DNA of 32,000 nucleotides. Origin: Candidatus Saccharimonadota bacterium (GTDB lineage: Bacteria > Bacteroidota > Bacteroidia > Flavobacteriales > Blattabacteriaceae). The notes under the pieces are model-generated. The model saw only the letters and a list, made by a program, of their open reading frames with translations, was not told the DNA's origin and made no database searches. A program made the position numbers and the translations under genes. The stretch spans positions 90,001 to 122,000 of the forward strand of contig NZ_CP059199.1 of the NCBI RefSeq assembly GCF_014251775.1, written 5' to 3'. This document shows positions 26,658-32,000 of this stretch, piece after piece (the stretch's first letter is position 1; each line of letters starts with the position of its first letter).

Positions 26658-27113
26658 TTAATGATTAGATTCTACAATGAATAAAGGTTGATCATAATCA
26701 ACTGGGGTTGAATCTTCCACCAAAATTTTTATTAATTTTCCATTTACTTCTGATTCAATATCATTAAATATCTTCATTGCTTCTATCACACATATCTTCA
26801 TTCCAACTTTAATTATATCACCTATTTTTACAAAAGGATCTTTGTTCGGATTAGGTCTTCTATAAAAAGTGCCTATCATCGGTGATTTTATTGTTATGTA
26901 TTGATTTTTTTTATGAATTATATCATTAGATATATCAGATTTAGAATAATATCTATTATTAGAAGAACAAAAAAATTTATCAAATTCTTCATCTTTAGTT
27001 ATTTTTGTTTTATTTCTAATATAAATACTTGTACTTTCTATCTGAATTTTTATCTCCGCTATATTAGATTTAGAAATTAATTTAATAAGGGATTTAATTG
27101 TATTTATATCCAT
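26658..27113 (-). CDS. accB: Acetyl-CoA carboxylase biotin carboxyl carrier protein
   Basis: 151-aa ORF with the biotinylation motif CVIEAMKIFNDIESE, and SPMIGTFYRRP. Confidence 0.93.
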   Translation of the reverse strand: MDINTIKSLIKLISKSNIAEIKIQIESTSIYIRNKTKITKDEEFDKFFCSSNNRYYSKSDISNDIIHKKNQYITIKSPMIGTFYRRPNPNKDPFVKIGDIIKVGMKICVIEAMKIFNDIESEVNGKLIKILVEDSTPVDYDQPLFIVESNH

Positions 27114-27126
27114 ATATATAGAAAAA

Positions 27127-27321
27127 TCAATCTTTTTTATTTTTTTTATAATATACTATTTTACCTCTGTAATAAAGTTTATTATCATACCAATAAGCAT
27201 AATGATATAAATGATTTTTTTTGGTTAAAATACAATTTTTTAATTGTGGTTTTTTCAATTTTATATGACTTCTTCTATTATTCCTTCTAGATTTAGATTG
27301 TCTTCTTTTTGGATGTGCCAT
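27127..27321 (-). CDS. rpmF: 50S ribosomal protein L32
   Basis: 64-aa ORF: MAHPKRRQSKSRRNNRRSH.... Confidence 0.9.
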   Translation of the reverse strand: MAHPKRRQSKSRRNNRRSHIKLKKPQLKNCILTKKNHLYHYAYWYDNKLYYRGKIVYYKKNKKD

Positions 27322-27422
27322 TATAAATATAATTTAATTAGCTAGCTAATTTAATAAATAATATTTTCTATATTCTTATAATAAATTATTGATTTTTATT
27401 TTATTTTAATGAAACTTAGAAT

Positions 27423-28889
27423 ATGATTAATAACAATCGGAAAGAAAATTATTCAAAATGGTATAATGAAATAATTTCTAAATCAGGTTTAGCTGAATTC
27501 TCTGGAATACGAGGTTTTATGATCATAAAACCATATGGTTATTCTATTTGGGAAATTATAAAAGATAAATTAGATAAAATGCTTAAAGATACTGGGCATC
27601 AGAATGTTTATTTTCCTATTTTAATATCTAAGTCATTATTTTCAAAAGAAAAAAAACATGTTAATTTTTTTTCTGATGGATGTGCTGTAGTTACTCATTC
27701 TAGAATTACCAAAAATGATCAAAAAAAGTTAATTGTTGATCCCAAATCAAAATTACAAGAAGAATTAATAATACGTCCAACTTCTGAAAGTATTATATGG
27801 AAAACATATAAAAGATGGATACAGTCTTATAGAGATTTACCAATTCTTTTAAATCAATGGGGAAATGCCGTAAGATGGGAAATGCGTACTAGATTATTTC
27901 TTAGAACTTCTGAATTCTTATGGCAAGAAGGACATACAGCTCATGCTTCTAAAAAAGAAGCTATAGAAGAAGCGGAAAAAATATTGAATATTTATACTAA
28001 TTTTTCAGAAAAAATTATGGCAATTCCAGTATTAAAAGGAATTAAACCATATACGGATAAATTTCATGGATCTGATAAAACTTATTGTATAGAAGCGCTT
28101 ATGCAAGATGGAAAAGCATTACAAATTGGGACTACTCATTTTTTAGGTCAAAATTTTTCAAAAGCTTTTGATGTCAAATTTACTAATTTAAATGGAAATA
28201 AAGAATATGTTTGGGCTACATCTTGGGGAGTATCCACTAGACTTCTAGGAGCAATAATTATGTCACATTCAGATGATAAAGGTTTAATAATCCCACCTAA
28301 AATTGCTCCAATACAAATTGTTATAATCCCGATTTTTCACGAAGAAAAAAACTATTTAATTCATGAAATGGTTGACAAAATATTTAATATTTTGAAAAAT
28401 AATAAAGTACGAATAAAATATGATGATAAAAAAATATTCACTCCAGGATGGAAATTTAATGAATATGAAATAAAAGGCATACCGATAAGAATAAATATTG
28501 GAATAAATGAAGTAAAAAATCAAAGAATAGAAGTTTTTAGAAGAGATACATGTGAAAAAAAATACTTTGATTTAAATGAAATCAATATGATTCCAAAATT
28601 GCTTGATGATATACAAAAAAATCTATATAAAAAAGCTTTAAATAGAACTAAAAAATTAATGATTAGAGTAGATAATTATCACGATTTTAAAAATTGTATA
28701 AATAGTAGTACAGGAGGATTTATATTAGCTCATTGGGATGGAAAAGAAAATACATTAAAAAAAATTCAAGAAGAAACAGAAGCTAGCATAAGATGTATTC
28801 CTTTTAATCATTATGAAAAAGAAGAAGGAAAATGTATTTATTCAGGTAATCATTCTTTTCAGAGAGTAATATTTGCTAAATCTTATTGA
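27423..28889 (+). CDS. proS: Proline--tRNA ligase (archaeal/eukaryal-like type, no INS editing domain)
   Basis: 488-aa ORF: YSKWYNEIISKSGLAEFSGIRGFMIIKPYGYSIWE, RPTSESIIW, QWGNAVRWEMRTRLFLRTSEFLWQEGHTAH, and a C-terminal conserved Tyr (…FAKSY) followed by TGA-TAA. Confidence 0.95.
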   Translation: MINNNRKENYSKWYNEIISKSGLAEFSGIRGFMIIKPYGYSIWEIIKDKLDKMLKDTGHQNVYFPILISKSLFSKEKKHVNFFSDGCAVVTHSRITKNDQKKLIVDPKSKLQEELIIRPTSESIIWKTYKRWIQSYRDLPILLNQWGNAVRWEMRTRLFLRTSEFLWQEGHTAHASKKEAIEEAEKILNIYTNFSEKIMAIPVLKGIKPYTDKFHGSDKTYCIEALMQDGKALQIGTTHFLGQNFSKAFDVKFTNLNGNKEYVWATSWGVSTRLLGAIIMSHSDDKGLIIPPKIAPIQIVIIPIFHEEKNYLIHEMVDKIFNILKNNKVRIKYDDKKIFTPGWKFNEYEIKGIPIRINIGINEVKNQRIEVFRRDTCEKKYFDLNEINMIPKLLDDIQKNLYKKALNRTKKLMIRVDNYHDFKNCINSSTGGFILAHWDGKENTLKKIQEETEASIRCIPFNHYEKEEGKCIYSGNHSFQRVIFAKSY

Positions 28890-28898
28890 TAAAAAATT

Positions 28899-29840
28899 TT
28901 AATTTTTATTTAAATTTCCTATAAAATTATTTATAGAATAATATTTTTTTTTTTTTAAAAAAAGTATTAATTCATTTTTTAATCTATCAAATACAGAAAT
29001 TCCTTCTTTAATAAATTGTGTCCCTACTTGTACGGCCGAGGCTCCGCATAGTATGTGATCAAAAATGTCAATTCCTGAAGAAATTCCACCACATCCTATT
29101 ATTGAAATATCTTTTCTTAGAAAAGAACTAAATTTAAAAATATTAGCTAGTGCAAATGATTTTATTATAGTCCCACCTATTCCTCCAAATCCTTTATTCG
29201 GATAAATAACAGTAGATTCTTTTATGGAATTTATAAATAAACCATTAGGTAAACTATTAATACAAGTAATGAAAGAAATAGGAAATTTATTTATAATAAA
29301 CGCCATATTTCTAATATCATTATCGTTAAAATAAGGTGGCAGTTTTATTCCTATATGTTTTTTATTATTTAATCTAAATACATTTTTAAGAAAATTATAT
29401 ACAGTGTCAAATTCATATCCTAATATTTCTTTTTTTTTTAAAATATTTGGACAAGATAAATTTATTTCTATAGCATTTATCTTAGTAGATGAATTTGCTT
29501 TTTGAATTAATAAATAATTTTCTTCCAATGATAATCCTGATATAGATAAAAATATAGGTTTATTAGTGGTTATCCCATCTAAAAAATTTATATAAAAATC
29601 AATTCCAAGGTTAGGTAATCCCATAGAATTAATACTACCAATATCCCATTCAAAATATCTTGGTTTTATATTTCCTTTTCTTGGTTTATCTGTACAACTT
29701 TTTGTAACTATTGCTCCAGAAGAACTTTTTAATAAATTAGATAATTCTTTTTCTGTACTACATAAAGCCCCCGAAGCATTCATAATACATGAATATAATC
29801 TTATTCCATTTATATTAGTAGTAATATCTATTTTTTTCAT
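28899..29840 (-). CDS. pyrD: Dihydroorotate dehydrogenase, class 1A-like (soluble, fumarate-type)
   Basis: 313-aa ORF: IMNASGALCST, GSINSMGLPNLG, the catalytic-Cys motif EINLSCPNI, KLPPYF, NSLPNGLFI, GFGGIGGTIIK, IIGCGGISSG. It lacks the N-terminal membrane/quinone domain of class 2, and there is no adjacent pyrK as in class 1B. Confidence 0.9.
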   Translation of the reverse strand: MKKIDITTNINGIRLYSCIMNASGALCSTEKELSNLLKSSSGAIVTKSCTDKPRKGNIKPRYFEWDIGSINSMGLPNLGIDFYINFLDGITTNKPIFLSISGLSLEENYLLIQKANSSTKINAIEINLSCPNILKKKEILGYEFDTVYNFLKNVFRLNNKKHIGIKLPPYFNDNDIRNMAFIINKFPISFITCINSLPNGLFINSIKESTVIYPNKGFGGIGGTIIKSFALANIFKFSSFLRKDISIIGCGGISSGIDIFDHILCGASAVQVGTQFIKEGISVFDRLKNELILFLKKKKYYSINNFIGNLNKN

Positions 29841-29895
29841 AATGAGTAATTATCACCTATAAAAATATTTTAACTTTACTGAAATATATTTTTTC

Positions 29896-31239
29896 ATGGG
29901 GAAAAAAAAAAAATTTTTTTTAAAAATTTATCAATTAGGAATTATAAAATTTGGAAATTTTGTATTGAAAAGTGGAGTAAAATCACCAATATATATAGAT
30001 TTTAGACCAATAGCATCTAAACCAGATTTATTAATAAAACTTTCAGATTTACTGATAGAAGAAGTTTCGTATTATAATTTTGAATTAATTTGTGGGGTAC
30101 CGTATGCAGCTTTACCTATAGCTACTGCTATTTCTTTAAGAACAAATATTCCTTTAATTATAAAAAGAAAAGAAAATAAAGGGTATGGGACAAAACGAAT
30201 GATTGAAGGAATTTATAAAAAAGGACAAAATTGTCTTCTTATAGAAGATGTTATTACAAGTGGAGATAGTTTGTTAAATACGATAATAGATCTTGAAAAA
30301 GAAGGAATAATCATAAAAAATATAATCTCTATTCTTGATAGAGAACAGGGTGGAATAGATTCCATAAAACAAAAAGGATACAATATTCAATCCTTATTTC
30401 ATATAGGAGAAGTTTTTAATATGTTAGAAAAAAAACATTTTTTAAGTAAAAAAAAGATACATATGATCCAATTTTTTTTTTCCAACCAAAAAAAAATATA
30501 TAGAAGAATTTCTTATGAAGAAAAACGAAAAAAAATTTCCCATCCTATGGGAAAAAAACTTATAGATATAACATTAAAAAAAAAAACTAATTTAATTATT
30601 TCTGCAGATTTAATTGATTCTGAAAAAATATTAAAATTAGTTCATTCAATTGGAGATATAATTTGTGGAGTAAAGTTACATGTAGATATTATTAATGATT
30701 TTTCATTATCATTTATAAATTCTCTTAAAAATTTATCTACAGAAAAGAAATTTCTATTATTTGAAGATAGAAAATTATGTGATATTAATTCTACTAATTA
30801 TCTTCAACTTCATTACGGAATACATAAAATTTTATCATGGGCAGATTTTATAACAGTTCATGTAATTGCAGGAAATTCTAGTATAAATAATTTAGATATA
30901 CCAGCTAATATTGGTTTAATAACTATATCAGAAATGTCTTCCATTGGACAACTTTTGGATGATAATTATATAAGAAATGCATTGAATATCTCTATAAATA
31001 ATCCAAAAGTTATTGGGACAGTAGCACAAAGAAAAGTAGATGATCGATTATTATTGTTTACTCCAGGAATAAATTTTTCTAGATCTAGAAAAAATTATAT
31101 TCATCCTAATTTAGCATTTAGCAAAAATGGAAGTGATTTTATTATTGTTGGAAGAGGTATTTATCAATCTAATAATCCATATAAAATTGCAGAAAAATAT
31201 AGAAATGTTGCTTGGAAAGCATATGAAAATGAGCTTTAG
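29896..31239 (+). CDS. Bifunctional UMP synthase: orotate phosphoribosyltransferase (N) fused to OMP decarboxylase (C)
   Basis: 447-aa ORF. OPRT half: FKFGNFVLKSGVKSPIYIDFR, CGVPYAALPIA, KRKENKGYGTKR, and the PRPP motif LLIEDVITSG. OMPDC half: NLIISADL, GVKLHVDI, FLLFEDRKLCDI (catalytic D-K-D), EMSS, IIVGRGI. The domain order is the same as in animal/plant UMPS. Confidence 0.9.
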   Translation: MGKKKKFFLKIYQLGIIKFGNFVLKSGVKSPIYIDFRPIASKPDLLIKLSDLLIEEVSYYNFELICGVPYAALPIATAISLRTNIPLIIKRKENKGYGTKRMIEGIYKKGQNCLLIEDVITSGDSLLNTIIDLEKEGIIIKNIISILDREQGGIDSIKQKGYNIQSLFHIGEVFNMLEKKHFLSKKKIHMIQFFFSNQKKIYRRISYEEKRKKISHPMGKKLIDITLKKKTNLIISADLIDSEKILKLVHSIGDIICGVKLHVDIINDFSLSFINSLKNLSTEKKFLLFEDRKLCDINSTNYLQLHYGIHKILSWADFITVHVIAGNSSINNLDIPANIGLITISEMSSIGQLLDDNYIRNALNISINNPKVIGTVAQRKVDDRLLLFTPGINFSRSRKNYIHPNLAFSKNGSDFIIVGRGIYQSNNPYKIAEKYRNVAWKAYENEL

Positions 31240-31335
31240 TATATTTTTTTTTAAAATAAAATCAAATTAAAAATTGATTATAAATATTTTTAATTTATAT
31301 TCATTGTATATAGATTTTTTTAATTTGTTAAATAT

Positions 31336-31908
31336 ATGAAATGGATTCATTCACTAATGAGTTGTTTTATGATACTTTTTAGTATCATAGACATATTAGG
31401 AAATGCCCCAATTATTATGGGGTTTAAATCAAAAGGAAACATTATAGATACTAAAAAAGTTATTATTACTTCTCTTATTATATTTTTATCTTTCCTATTT
31501 TTAGGACAGCCAATATTACAAATTATAGGAGTAGATATAAACTCTTTTTCTGTTGCCGGATCTATTGTATTATTTATAATTGGATTAGAAATGATATTAG
31601 GAGTAGATTTCCACAAGACATCAGAACATTCACAAACTTCTATAGTCCCTATAGCTTTTCCATTGATTGCCGGACCAGGTTCACTAACCACTTTAGTATC
31701 ATTAAGAACCACTTATAACATAACCATAATTATTGCTTCTTTATTAATTAATATGATAGTAGTTTATTTAGTCATTGATAAATGTGATTTAATTGCTGAA
31801 AAAATTGGAAATAGTGGATTAGATATTTTGAAAAAAATATTTGGAATTGTTTTATTAGCTTTTGCTGTTAAAATATTTGGAGCAAATGCTGGAAAATTAA
31901 TTCAATAA
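31336..31908 (+). CDS. marC: MarC family (UPF0056) integral membrane protein
   Basis: 190-aa ORF with six hydrophobic segments. FSIIDILGNAPIIMGF and IVPIAFPLIAGPGSLTT match MarC-family motifs. Confidence 0.8.
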   Translation: MKWIHSLMSCFMILFSIIDILGNAPIIMGFKSKGNIIDTKKVIITSLIIFLSFLFLGQPILQIIGVDINSFSVAGSIVLFIIGLEMILGVDFHKTSEHSQTSIVPIAFPLIAGPGSLTTLVSLRTTYNITIIIASLLINMIVVYLVIDKCDLIAEKIGNSGLDILKKIFGIVLLAFAVKIFGANAGKLIQ

Positions 31909-32000
31909 ATTTTTTATTTCTTTAAATATTTTTTTTACGGAATTATTGATATTTTCGTACTTAGGAAGTATAGAAGATTTATAGTAAAATATTATATAAA
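31897..32000 (-). CDS. Possible 3' end of an unidentified reverse-strand gene entering from the right edge
   Basis: Only one reverse frame is open from the window edge: ...YIIFYYKSSILPKYENINNSVKKIFKEIKNLLN*, with the stop at 31899-31897. That is 33 stop-free codons in very AT-rich DNA. It overlaps the marC 3' end by 12 nt. I cannot make a family assignment. Confidence 0.3.
   Translation of the reverse strand, partial: YIIFYYKSSILPKYENINNSVKKIFKEIKNLLN

Noticed and set aside
31255-31290. Possible terminator hairpin AATCAA-N8-TTGATT after the UMP synthase gene
   Set aside because: It is a 6-bp all-weak stem in AT-rich sequence with no convincing downstream T tract, so it is indistinguishable from chance.
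31347-31712. 121-aa minus-strand ORF inside marC
   Set aside because: It is antisense to marC, whose translation has clear family motifs and a TM pattern. This frame has neither.

Overview
This is an extremely AT-rich, gene-dense stretch of a reduced Bacteroidota (Flavobacteriales-type) genome. It is most consistent with an insect endosymbiont such as Blattabacterium. That placement is an inference from lineage-marker genes: a gldE-like gene, a GYDIA-type GHMP kinase, DUF4295 after rpmB-rpmG, a DUF4293-like protein next to rho, an insertion-bearing Rho and an archaeal/eukaryal-type ProRS. Spacers are short and several stop/start junctions overlap (TAATG). The content is almost entirely housekeeping:
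- DNA repair: mutL, mutY, rmuC, a dnaQ-like exonuclease.
- TCA cycle: gltA, fumC.
- Fatty-acid synthesis: fabD, accB, accC.
- Translation: rpmB, rpmG, rpmF, prfA, proS, mnmG, ybeY.
- Other core functions: rho, htpG, ftsY, ribH, an HU-like protein, rng, yebC, tatD, pyrD, a fused pyrE-pyrF and marC.
- RNA genes: RNase P RNA and three tRNAs (Leu-UAG, Ser-GGA, initiator Met-CAU).

I see no mobile elements, CRISPR arrays, defence or toxin loci, or secondary-metabolite loci, so I do not claim a new multi-gene system. The standard code (11) fits. The observations worth a second look are:
1. A base-perfect 473-bp tandem duplication bounded by a 10-bp microhomology. It duplicates an FtsB-like mini-ORF and the 3' end of mnmG.
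2. A perfect 27-bp x5.4 in-frame repeat inside rng.
3. A ybeY whose only ATG is out of frame across a T8A10 homopolymer.
4. A divergent pyrimidine pair made of a class-1A DHOD and a metazoan-style fused UMP synthase.
5. Four small ORFs missing from the ORF track: a bS22-like basic peptide, DUF4295, a 53-aa membrane peptide and an FtsB-like ORF.
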